The position numbers and the translations under genes are program-made. A stretch of 64,000 nucleotides of DNA from an uncultured Dehalococcoidaceae bacterium. GTDB taxonomy: Bacteria > Chloroflexota > Dehalococcoidia > Dehalococcoidales > RBG-16-60-22. Of this stretch, positions 25,547 through 33,916 are shown piece by piece. The notes under the pieces were generated by a model. It was given only the letters and a program-made list of their open reading frames with translations, ran no database searches and was not told where the DNA came from. How positions within the stretch are numbered: position 1 is the first letter of the stretch; every line of letters begins with the position of its first letter. Where the stretch lies: assembly GCA_964468755.1 (NCBI GenBank), contig CAYXWH010000001.1, positions 15,148 to 79,147 on the forward strand, read 5' to 3'.

Positions 25547-27016
25547 TTGAAGCAAGTGAAAAGGTTAGTTATCATTCCGGTACTAATAATACTTGTCAGT
25601 GCCTCGCTCCTTATCAGTTGTGCTGAACCAGCTCCAGCTCCGGCACCAAGTCCAGCTCCAAGTCCAGCTCCAAGTCCAGCCCCAACCCCAGCACCAAGTC
25701 CAGCACCAAGTCCAGCACCAAGTCCAGCTCCAAGTCCAGCACCAAGCCCAGCACCAACACCGGCGCCAGCGGGACCAGAAGAGATTCTGATTGGTGCTGA
25801 CGCCTGCTTAACCGGCATGTATGCCGGTTTCGGTGAAGGTGCCGTATTTGGGATGGAAGCTGCTGTCGAGGATATTAACAAGCAAGGTGGCATATATATA
25901 GAAGAGTATGGCCGCAAAATCCCTGTCAAACTCGTAGTTGCCGACAATGAAAGCGATCTATCCAAGGCAGGGACTCTGGCTGAAGACCTGATACTCCGCG
26001 ACAAGGTAAAGTTCCTCATGACAACTGGAGCACTGGAGGTTAATTTCCCGATAGCGAGGGTAGCTGAGCGGTACAAAGTCCCATTTATGATCGGACCCGG
26101 TCCCTATGAATCCTGGCAAGCTATGCGTATGGAAGCCGATCCGCCCTGGAAATACACCTGGGGTGTCAGTTTTGCTATAGCCACTCCATCTCCAGAGGGA
26201 GATTTTCGCCATGATACACCGGGATATTCTATGTTTGATGCCTGGTTGGGTGCGCTTCAATTCTTCGGTGATGAGACCAATAAGAAGATAGCTCTCCTGG
26301 CCTCGGATGACCAGGACGGCAGAGGTTGGTATTTGGCGTTTGCACCAACGGCTGAATCAATAGGCATGGAGACTTATCATTCGGATGAACAATTTGGCCT
26401 GGTGCCTATGGATACCACGGACTTTAGCGCCCTGATAGGGAAATGGAAGGCCGACAATTGTGAGCTACTCTGGTCCAATTGTCCGGCGCCCTTTTTCGGG
26501 ACATTTTGGAGACAAGCTCGCACGCTGGGCTATCAACCCAAGCAGGTTTTTGCTACCAGGGCGGGGCTTTTCTACACCGATGTAACAGCGTGGGGAGGTG
26601 ACCTGCCACAGGGTATCTGCAATGAGATGTTCTGGAATCCGTCGATTGAGGGTACTCACGGTATTGGCGACACCACTGCCGTGAGCCTCCATGAAAGATG
26701 GTTTGAAGCGACAGGTCAACCAATGCACCAGATTATGGGCTGGATCTATGCTGATGCGCAAGTCCTGTTCGATGCTATTGAAAGAGCCGGCAGCCTTGAC
26801 GGAGAAAAAGTTAATGCAGCTCTGGCGCAAACCGATATGATGACAATTTATCATCGTGTCGTGTTTGACAAAGATCAGTATAGCCGGATTCCGGTTACTT
26901 TTGGCCAATGGCAGAAGACGGACAAGCCCTGGGTATGGGACAACCCGATAGTCTACTCGGATCATGATTTCATGCCGACCACGGCTGAGATGATATTCCC
27001 TATCCCCTATGACTAG
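25547..27016 (+). CDS. orphan LivK-type (PBP type 1) ABC substrate-binding lipoprotein
   Basis: It has a lipobox LLISC, a 50-residue PAPS linker, then [37 protein letters not shown], which is typical of Leu/Ile/Val-type binding proteins. A likelier start is GTG 25556, 9 nt after AAGGAAGGA. Confidence 0.8.
   Translation: MKQVKRLVIIPVLIILVSASLLISCAEPAPAPAPSPAPSPAPSPAPTPAPSPAPSPAPSPAPSPAPSPAPTPAPAGPEEILIGADACLTGMYAGFGEGAVFGMEAAVEDINKQGGIYIEEYGRKIPVKLVVADNESDLSKAGTLAEDLILRDKVKFLMTTGALEVNFPIARVAERYKVPFMIGPGPYESWQAMRMEADPPWKYTWGVSFAIATPSPEGDFRHDTPGYSMFDAWLGALQFFGDETNKKIALLASDDQDGRGWYLAFAPTAESIGMETYHSDEQFGLVPMDTTDFSALIGKWKADNCELLWSNCPAPFFGTFWRQARTLGYQPKQVFATRAGLFYTDVTAWGGDLPQGICNEMFWNPSIEGTHGIGDTTAVSLHERWFEATGQPMHQIMGWIYADAQVLFDAIERAGSLDGEKVNAALAQTDMMTIYHRVVFDKDQYSRIPVTFGQWQKTDKPWVWDNPIVYSDHDFMPTTAEMIFPIPYD
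25628..25777 (+). repeat. 12-nt tandem repeat (CCAAGTCCAGC[T/A]C-type) encoding the (PSPA)n linker
   Basis: About 10 imperfect 12-nt units encode [50 protein letters not shown]. Confidence 0.8.
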
Positions 27017-27091
27017 ACCGGGAAATACCGGAAAGCGTGCTTTCCCACTGACGTCACCTCAGGTTTGACACGATAAAGTACGAAAAGACAA

Positions 27092-27137
27092 GCGGGGAAA
27101 CCAGCCAAGTAAGATTCTCATAGGCTGGTTTCCCCGC
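27092..27137. terminator. 15-bp perfect stem-loop 3' of the SBP gene (terminator or mRNA stabiliser; no T-tract)
   Basis: GCGGGGAAACCAGCC (27092-27106) pairs with GGCTGGTTTCCCCGC (27123-27137) around a 16-nt loop. Confidence 0.45.
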
Positions 27138-27182
27138 AGTAATGCCGAATACCAGCCCTTGCCGGTCAGGTGTGGAAACAAG

Positions 27183-27211
27183 TTGACTAATCCATCTCGG
27201 AATGCAATAAT
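27183..27211 (+). promoter_or_regulatory. sigma70-type promoter TTGACT-17-AATAAT upstream of the athL-like gene
   Basis: The -35 is at 27183-27188 and the -10 at 27206-27211. AGGAGGG RBS and the ATG at 27244 follow. Confidence 0.45.
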
Positions 27212-27243
27212 TGAGTAAATACTAATAGCGCAGGAGGGAAAAC

Positions 27244-29838
27244 ATGGCTTATTCCGCAAATGGTGAACAAGTTTTTACCAACTGCACCGTGGGCGGGCCC
27301 GTCAATGTCTACGTTAAAGACGGAAGAATAACCCGAATGGAACCTCTGCAACTTGATGAGGACGATGCCAAATCCTGGGTAATCGAAGCACGGGGTAAGA
27401 AGTTCTCCCCCCCCAGGAAAGCACTGCTTTCCCCGTATACGTTGACCGAGAGGGCAAAAATATACTCGGCAAACCGCCTTCTTTACCCGATGAAGCGGGT
27501 AGACTTCGACCCTAAAGGCAATCGAAATCCACAGAACAGAGGCAAATCAGGATACCAGCCAATCAGCTGGAAGGAAGCCCTGGATATCCTCTGTCCGGAA
27601 ATAGAGCGCATCCATGCTAAATACGGTCCGGGGGTTGTCGCCAGTACCGCATCTTCTCACCACAGCTGGGGCAATATCGGGTACCGGCACAGTACCTATT
27701 TCCGGTTCATGGGCATCCTCGGCTATACCTACTGCGACCATAACCCGGATAGCTGGGAAGGCTGGCACTGGGGGGCCATGCACACCTGGGGCTTTGCCTG
27801 GAGGCTGGGGGCTCCGGAACAATACGACCTTTTACAGGACGCCCTGAAGAACACTGAGATGATGATTTTCTGGTCGGCTGACCCTGAGTCCACCAGTGGA
27901 ATTTACGCCGGGCAGGAATCAACCCCGAGGCGCTTCTGGCTGAAAGACCTGGGGGTAAAGATGGTCTTTATTGACCCCTACTATAATTTCACGGCGCCCA
28001 ACTTCTGCGACAAATGGTTTGCGCCACGTCCAGGCACCGATACCGCCCTCGCTGCGGCTATCGCCTACGTCTGGATGACCGAAAACATATATGACAAAGA
28101 ATATGTTGCCAAGCGAACCTACGGCTTTGAAAAATGGCGTGACTACATACTCGGCGACGACGGCAGCTTCCCCAAGACACCGGAGTGGGCGGAGAAGGAG
28201 ACCGGAATACCCGCCCGGGAGATTAAAGCCCTCGCCCGGGAATGGTCGAAGAAGAAGACCATGCTGGCGGCTGGGGGTCTTGGCGGCTGGGGAGGAGCCT
28301 GCCGAAGCGCCTACGGGACCGAGTGGGCGCGGATGATGGTGCTCCTTCAGGCAATGCAGGGCCTGGGCAAACCCGGCATCAATATCTGGGCAACCACCGG
28401 CGGCGCCCCCTATAACTCCGATTTTGTCTTTCCCGGATACGCTGAAGGCGGAATATCCGGCGACCCGCTAAATTCCGCCGCGACCTATCAAATGGTAAGC
28501 CGTGGAAGCACCATGAGCCCGGTTAACTCGGCAATAAACAATCCCGGCGGACAGCACATACCGCGGATTCTGGTTCCGGAGTGTATCATGGACGCGCCCC
28601 AGGAATGGCGGGGCAAGGGATTTTGCGGTTCCTCCACCGAATTCCAGTTCAAGAAGTACAAGTACCCCGAAGACGGATTTTCCCGGGTGAAAATGTTTTG
28701 GCGGTATGGCGGTGCCTATATCGGCACCATGAACAATACCAACCGCTGGGTCAAGATGTACCAGAGCCCGAACCTGGAAATGGTGGTCAACCAGTCCATC
28801 TGGCTGGAAGGCGAAGCCCAGTTTGCTGACCTGATACTCCCTGCCTGCACCAACTTCGAAAGGTGGGACATCGGTGAGTGGTCCCATTGCTCGGGTTACA
28901 TACCCCATAACTCCTACCAGACCAACCACCGCATAATCGTCTTTGAAAAGAAATGCATTGAACCACTCGGAGAATCGAAGTCAGACTACGATATATTTGC
29001 CATGATTGCCGACCGGCTCGGCTTCCACGACAAGTTCACCGAGGGAGGCATGACTGACTTAGACCGGGTCAAGAGGATGTATGAGGTAACCGACCTGTCG
29101 AAGTACATTTCCTGGGAGGATTTCGAGAAGAAAGGCTACTTCGTGGTTCCCATGCCTGACGATTATAAACCAACACCAGCGCTGAGGTGGTTTGCCGAGA
29201 ACCGGCACCGGGATACACCCGATTGGGGTCCTGTTGGCGCCGCTGTGGAAGGCCTGCCCGACCGTGAAGGAAACCTGAGCACCCAGACCGGTAAAATTGA
29301 ATTTGAGTCGCAGAGCCTCAAGCGCTTCGACCCTGATGACCCGGAGCGGCCGCTGGTCCCCAAGTACATACCATCGTGGGAGGGCCACCATACCACGGAG
29401 CTTCTTGAAAATTATCCGCTGCAGCTTATTTCACCGCATCCCAGGTTCAGCTTCCATACCCAGTACGATGGCAAAGAAAGCTGGATGAACGAGATACCGG
29501 AGCACCGTGTCAAGGCAAAAGACGGTCACTACTACTGGGTAATCAGGCTAAACAAAGTGGATGCTGACAAGAGAGGTATCAAGAGCAATGACATCGTCAG
29601 GGTCTTTAACGACCGGGGCGTTGTTTTATGTGCCGCCCAGGTTACCGGGCGCGTCCCGACCGGTGTGGTCCATTCTTATGAGTCCAGTGCTGAATACCAG
29701 CCCATCGGCGAGCCCGGTGAATCACCGGACAAAGGCGGCAGCATTAACCTGCTGACCAATCACCGCTTCATGTCAAAGAATGCCTGCGGCATGGCACCTA
29801 ATTCATGCCTCGTGGAAATAGCCAAGGAAGGAGCTTAA
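27244..29838 (+). CDS. athL: pyrogallol hydroxytransferase (transhydroxylase) large-subunit-like molybdopterin enzyme (DMSO reductase family)
   Basis: 864 aa. Recalled from memory, it is full-length colinear with Pelobacter acidigallici AthL (GGPVNVYVKDGRITRMEP, SSHHSWGNIGYRHSTYFRFMGILGYTYCDHNPDSWEGWHWGAMHTWGF, LPACTNFERWDI, GMAPNSCLVEI). Like AthL it has no Tat signal and no N-terminal Cys cluster. Confidence 0.8.
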   Translation: MAYSANGEQVFTNCTVGGPVNVYVKDGRITRMEPLQLDEDDAKSWVIEARGKKFSPPRKALLSPYTLTERAKIYSANRLLYPMKRVDFDPKGNRNPQNRGKSGYQPISWKEALDILCPEIERIHAKYGPGVVASTASSHHSWGNIGYRHSTYFRFMGILGYTYCDHNPDSWEGWHWGAMHTWGFAWRLGAPEQYDLLQDALKNTEMMIFWSADPESTSGIYAGQESTPRRFWLKDLGVKMVFIDPYYNFTAPNFCDKWFAPRPGTDTALAAAIAYVWMTENIYDKEYVAKRTYGFEKWRDYILGDDGSFPKTPEWAEKETGIPAREIKALAREWSKKKTMLAAGGLGGWGGACRSAYGTEWARMMVLLQAMQGLGKPGINIWATTGGAPYNSDFVFPGYAEGGISGDPLNSAATYQMVSRGSTMSPVNSAINNPGGQHIPRILVPECIMDAPQEWRGKGFCGSSTEFQFKKYKYPEDGFSRVKMFWRYGGAYIGTMNNTNRWVKMYQSPNLEMVVNQSIWLEGEAQFADLILPACTNFERWDIGEWSHCSGYIPHNSYQTNHRIIVFEKKCIEPLGESKSDYDIFAMIADRLGFHDKFTEGGMTDLDRVKRMYEVTDLSKYISWEDFEKKGYFVVPMPDDYKPTPALRWFAENRHRDTPDWGPVGAAVEGLPDREGNLSTQTGKIEFESQSLKRFDPDDPERPLVPKYIPSWEGHHTTELLENYPLQLISPHPRFSFHTQYDGKESWMNEIPEHRVKAKDGHYYWVIRLNKVDADKRGIKSNDIVRVFNDRGVVLCAAQVTGRVPTGVVHSYESSAEYQPIGEPGESPDKGGSINLLTNHRFMSKNACGMAPNSCLVEIAKEGA

Positions 29839-29841
29839 ACG

Positions 29842-30672
29842 ATGACTAACTGGGGTATGATAATCGATGTATCAAAGTGCACCGGCTGCTACAACTGTTT
29901 CACCGCTTGTAAAGACGAATACTGGGATAATGATTATCCCCCCTATTCCTCAGGTCAGCCAAAGCACGGGCAATTCTGGATGAATATCGATACCAGAGAA
30001 CGTGGCGCCCACCCCTTCGTAAAAGTCGCTCACATACCTCTGCCCTGCATGCACTGTGACGACGCCCCCTGCATTAAGGCAGCCAAGGATGGTGCCGTCT
30101 ACAAGAGACCTGACGGCGTAGTTATCATAGACCCGAAGAAGGCGGTGGGACAAAAGCAAATAGTTGATGCCTGTCCCTATAATGTAATTTACTGGAATGA
30201 GGAAAAACAGCTTCCCCAGAAGTGTACCTTCTGTGTCCACCGGCTTGAAGCCGGAGAGGTTCCGCGCTGTGTACAGGCATGTCCCAGCGGGGCCCTGATA
30301 TTCGGTGACATGGATGACCCTAAAAGTGAGATTTCCCAGGTTATGGCCTCCGGGAAGACCGAAGTCCTCAATCCGGAACTAAAGACCAAGCCAAGGGTAT
30401 ACTACATCGGGATACCCAGAATGTTTATCGCGGGCAGTGCCGTATTTGAAGACACAGACGAATGTGCCGAGGGAGTGACGGTCACCCTGACCGAACAGTC
30501 TTCCGGCAAATCAATGAAGACCGCTACCAACAACTATGGAGAATTTGAATTTGACGGTCTTGTGTCCGGAAAGTACGTGGTGCAACTGGGATACAACGGT
30601 TATGCGGGAAAGAAGATTGATATAGAACTGAAAACAGACAACTACCTGGGAGCAATTTCCCTGTCTCGATAA
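29842..30672 (+). CDS. bthL: pyrogallol hydroxytransferase small-subunit-like 4Fe-4S protein with C-terminal Ig-like domain
   Basis: 276 aa with CTGCYNCFTAC, CMHCDDAPC and CTFCVHRLEAGEVPRCVQACP. The C-terminal NNYGEFEFDGLVSGKYVV beta-sandwich matches that of BthL. Confidence 0.8.
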   Translation: MTNWGMIIDVSKCTGCYNCFTACKDEYWDNDYPPYSSGQPKHGQFWMNIDTRERGAHPFVKVAHIPLPCMHCDDAPCIKAAKDGAVYKRPDGVVIIDPKKAVGQKQIVDACPYNVIYWNEEKQLPQKCTFCVHRLEAGEVPRCVQACPSGALIFGDMDDPKSEISQVMASGKTEVLNPELKTKPRVYYIGIPRMFIAGSAVFEDTDECAEGVTVTLTEQSSGKSMKTATNNYGEFEFDGLVSGKYVVQLGYNGYAGKKIDIELKTDNYLGAISLSR

Positions 30673-30733
30673 CCATTACGACAGTTCTTGATACGCTATA
30701 AACATGATCTAAGCACAAAAGGAGGTATAAGAA

Positions 30734-31438
30734 GTGCAACGTCTCAGCAATATTAAGAGTCCCATGACGTCAGAGAGTTTGGTAGGTGCTCTGATTGCGG
30801 TGGTGGTCTTCGGTTCTATCTGGGGGCTGGTAGAAGCCACGCTGGGTGGCTTCCTGCACCTCATCCACGTACCCCCATTGTATAAAGGAGCTATTACCGG
30901 TGGCATCGGTATGGCACTCATGGCAATCTTTGTCACCACCTACAAACGGCCCACCCTTGTCTTCGCGATAGGAGTGATTGCCGCACTTTTCAAGCCATTG
31001 AGCGCTATTATATATGCCCAGCCGGTTTTCGCTCCGTTTGTGGTCAACCCGGCCACGGCAATCGTTCTCGAGGCGCTGGGGTTCTGCCTGGTAGCCAGCC
31101 TGCTGCACAAAGGCTTCGAAAGCAGCGTTAAATCACGCGTAGCCATTGGCGTCTCCGCCGGTTACCTGGGCTTTATTCTATTCGCCATTGTCGCCTCGGC
31201 ACTGGGCTTTGGCAAATGGCCCATGATGGGGATTACTGATAAATTAGTTACCACACTGTCCAATGGCACAGCCCTGGCTATTGTCGGTACGTTGCTGCTG
31301 CTGCCGGGGCATCTCGCTGGCAGGCAACTGAGACCCATACTCAGTGCCATGAAACCCAGGACATTCTATGCCGGCGCTGCGGTCAGTATCGTGTTTTGCT
31401 GGGCTATCGCGTCACTTGCCTTTGCCGTCGGTTTGTAG
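30734..31438 (+). CDS. integral membrane protein of unknown family (about 6 TM), co-transcribed with the athL/bthL-like genes
   Basis: 234 aa with a GTG start 7 nt after AAGGAGG. It is hydrophobic throughout. I recognise no motif. Confidence 0.55.
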   Translation: MQRLSNIKSPMTSESLVGALIAVVVFGSIWGLVEATLGGFLHLIHVPPLYKGAITGGIGMALMAIFVTTYKRPTLVFAIGVIAALFKPLSAIIYAQPVFAPFVVNPATAIVLEALGFCLVASLLHKGFESSVKSRVAIGVSAGYLGFILFAIVASALGFGKWPMMGITDKLVTTLSNGTALAIVGTLLLLPGHLAGRQLRPILSAMKPRTFYAGAAVSIVFCWAIASLAFAVGL

Positions 31439-31475
31439 TGAACCTGCTGGCATAAATTAAATTAACCATTGTCAG

Positions 31476-31510
31476 AACCAGCCAGTGCTGTCAATACACT
31501 GGCTGGTTTT
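31476..31510 (+). terminator. rho-independent terminator after the membrane-protein gene
   Basis: The 12-bp stem AACCAGCCAGTG / CACTGGCTGGTT has a 9-nt loop and runs into TTTT. Confidence 0.6.
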
Positions 31511-31603
31511 AGCCATTGGGATTAAGCCAGGTTCGGCAAGTTTCCGAGGTTATGTTGGTTTCCGCAGCTATCAGGCAGTAATAAAGAGCATGAGAGTATT
31601 GGA

Positions 31604-32326
31604 ATGGTAAACACCACCACAAAGGGACATGACGAAGTAGCCGAGGCACGCAGCCAGATATACAACCTCTTTGGTGCTCTTTATCTTGAACTGCCCGGTT
31701 TACCGCTGCTGGAAAGCGTATTTGGCGATGAGTTTGAGCGCCAGCTCTCCATGGCTGCCACCAAACTCGATTTGACCAAGATGAAGCGGGGGTTAAAGCT
31801 GGTTACCCGGTTTGTTAACGACTTTAAAGACCAGCCCAGGGATGAAGTCCTCACCCTCGTTTCCGTTGACCGGACACGGCTCCTGCGGGGAGTCAACGCA
31901 CAACTCAGCCCATTACCACCCTACGAGTCAGTTTACCGGGAAGGTCGCCTCTGGGGAGAATCCACTGTAGACGTCGCTCATACTTTTCCCAAACTGGGAG
32001 CCAAACTTCCCGAGCAATGGACTGAGCCACCGGACTACATTGGTATTGAGTTTGACCTCATGCGCCTCATCTGCCAGAGCGAACATGACGCGTGGCATTC
32101 CGGCGATGCCGCCAAAGCTCTGGAATATCTGGAAGCAGGACGAGACTTCTTGAAGAAACATATCCTGCTGTGGGTCCCCGGTTTCTGCGATCAAATGTAC
32201 CGGAGGGCGGAGATCACCTTTTACCAGGGAATCGCCCGGATGACCGATGGCTTCGTAAAGTATGACGGTCATCTCGTGGATTATCAGATTAACGTGGTTA
32301 GAAAGAATCTCGCCGAGCAAGCTTAG
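31604..32326 (+). CDS. TorD/DmsD/NarJ-family molybdoenzyme maturation chaperone
   Basis: 240 aa, all-helical. The conserved PPDYIGIEFDLMRLI block matches the (E/P)PxDHIxxELxFM motif of the TorD family. Confidence 0.7.
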   Translation: MVNTTTKGHDEVAEARSQIYNLFGALYLELPGLPLLESVFGDEFERQLSMAATKLDLTKMKRGLKLVTRFVNDFKDQPRDEVLTLVSVDRTRLLRGVNAQLSPLPPYESVYREGRLWGESTVDVAHTFPKLGAKLPEQWTEPPDYIGIEFDLMRLICQSEHDAWHSGDAAKALEYLEAGRDFLKKHILLWVPGFCDQMYRRAEITFYQGIARMTDGFVKYDGHLVDYQINVVRKNLAEQA

Positions 32327-33279
32327 TAGGTGATATAGGTATCCGATACCGGAAGTAGTACCCCGTCAATATTAAGCGTGGTTCTTGTTCCCCCGGCGAC
32401 AATGATGTGTCTCAACATGAGCCCGCCAAAGAGCCCTATCACACTCACAATTGCAGTGGGAATCAGCATTGTTACCGTTGCCGCCGACGATAGGTAGCCA
32501 ACGTACAGCTCAAATACAAAAGGCACCAGCAGGCCGGAGACCACTACCCCACCCCAGAAACGCGCCGACAGGTTGCCAGTGACCACCATGTTCGCCGAAA
32601 GCCGGGCTTCAGCAAGCTGATACATCCGGTACAGATAGACAACAAGTATAATTGCCTCTACTATTACTATGAAGACATCATACCGGGCGAGGCGAACCAA
32701 CGCAGGTTCGACAGCGGTTCCCGCCGATAAGCCAAATATGGTGAGTATGAACGCTGTCCCCATGATACCGGTGGATATCCCCGACACCAGAAAGAGTACC
32801 GGAAGTACCGTCTGGCTCCAGAATGGAATGGGCTTGGCGGCTCCCAGGAGCAGACCGGTATAAATCATGGTGAGCACGGCAAATATGGAGCCGATAATTC
32901 CAAGAGCGAGAAACGCACCCGCATTATCAGCCAGAATGTTAAACGGCCATATCCACAATCCGATATGTATTATGTCAAGTATTAAAAATATGGTTATGAT
33001 GATACTCCCCCGCGCCATCCATGATGACAGAGGCCGTAAAAACACCATAGCGAATATTTGCTTCTGACCGAGGTCCAGTACCAGCAAAAAGAGCCCGATA
33101 ACCATCAGGGGCGCCGCCAGAATGATGGCTATTTTCGAGAAAAGTGCGAATTCAGAATTGACCAGTCCGAGGATAAAACCCATCAGGTATGCCCCGGCAC
33201 CCATACCCGCCAGGAAAAGATAGGTAGCTACACTCCAGCCCCACACTTTCTGCTTGCGTAGAGTATCAGTCATCTCCAT
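32323..33279 (-). CDS. NrfD/PsrC/DmsC-type polytopic membrane (quinone-interacting) subunit
   Basis: 318 aa with 8 TM. The WGWSVATYLFLAGMGAGAY motif is typical of the NrfD family. Confidence 0.8.
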   Translation of the reverse strand: MEMTDTLRKQKVWGWSVATYLFLAGMGAGAYLMGFILGLVNSEFALFSKIAIILAAPLMVIGLFLLVLDLGQKQIFAMVFLRPLSSWMARGSIIITIFLILDIIHIGLWIWPFNILADNAGAFLALGIIGSIFAVLTMIYTGLLLGAAKPIPFWSQTVLPVLFLVSGISTGIMGTAFILTIFGLSAGTAVEPALVRLARYDVFIVIVEAIILVVYLYRMYQLAEARLSANMVVTGNLSARFWGGVVVSGLLVPFVFELYVGYLSSAATVTMLIPTAIVSVIGLFGGLMLRHIIVAGGTRTTLNIDGVLLPVSDTYITY

Positions 33280-33280
33280 G

Positions 33281-33910
33281 TCACTTCTTTACCTCATCCT
33301 TCGGTAAGTAATACACTGATGGTTTGGTGCCAAATTCCGGGTTAAGCACAAAGCCTTCCCTTTCCCGGATAAGCCTGGATACCTCGCTATCCGGGTCATC
33401 CAGGTCGCCGAAGAAACGGGCCTCGGCCGGGCAGACCTCCACACATGCCGGCTGTAGACCCCGCTCAACTCGTGATTGGCACATATCGCATTTCTGCACC
33501 GTACCCAGTTTATGCTTCTGGTAACCTTCTTTCTCATATGGGGTCATGTGTTCCGGGTAGTAGCTACGCAGCTCATCAAAGAAGTACCGGGTGGCGTAAG
33601 GGCAAGCTATCATGCAGTACCGGCAGCCCACGCACTTATCACTATCAATAACCACAATGCCGTCCTCTCGCTTGGTGCTCGCGCCGGTAGGACACACCTT
33701 CACACATTCCGGGTCCTCACAATGCATGCAGGTTATCGGCAAAAAGTTCAGCCGGCTATCCGGATATTTCCCCGTCTCGTACTTGAGGACTCGGTTCCAC
33801 ATTATTCCCCGTGAGGTGGCATTTTCCGCCTTACATGCAATGGAGCAAGCATCACAGCCTATGCACCGCTTGAGGTCGATTACCAATCCGTACCTGGGCA
33901 TTTGGTTCAA
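33281..33910 (-). CDS. 4x[4Fe-4S] electron-transfer subunit (DmsB/PsrB-type)
   Basis: 209 aa with CIGCDACSIAC, CMHCEDPECVKVCP, CVGCRYCMIACP and CDMC...CVEVCP. Confidence 0.85.
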   Translation of the reverse strand: MNQMPRYGLVIDLKRCIGCDACSIACKAENATSRGIMWNRVLKYETGKYPDSRLNFLPITCMHCEDPECVKVCPTGASTKREDGIVVIDSDKCVGCRYCMIACPYATRYFFDELRSYYPEHMTPYEKEGYQKHKLGTVQKCDMCQSRVERGLQPACVEVCPAEARFFGDLDDPDSEVSRLIREREGFVLNPEFGTKPSVYYLPKDEVKK

Positions 33911-33916
33911 TGCTCC

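Noticed and set aside
25450-26076. 208-aa minus-strand ORF with (GAGL)n repeats, and the analogous ORF at 9355-9759
   Set aside because: These are reverse-frame readings of the Pro/Ala/Ser linker repeats of the two SBP genes, not independent genes.
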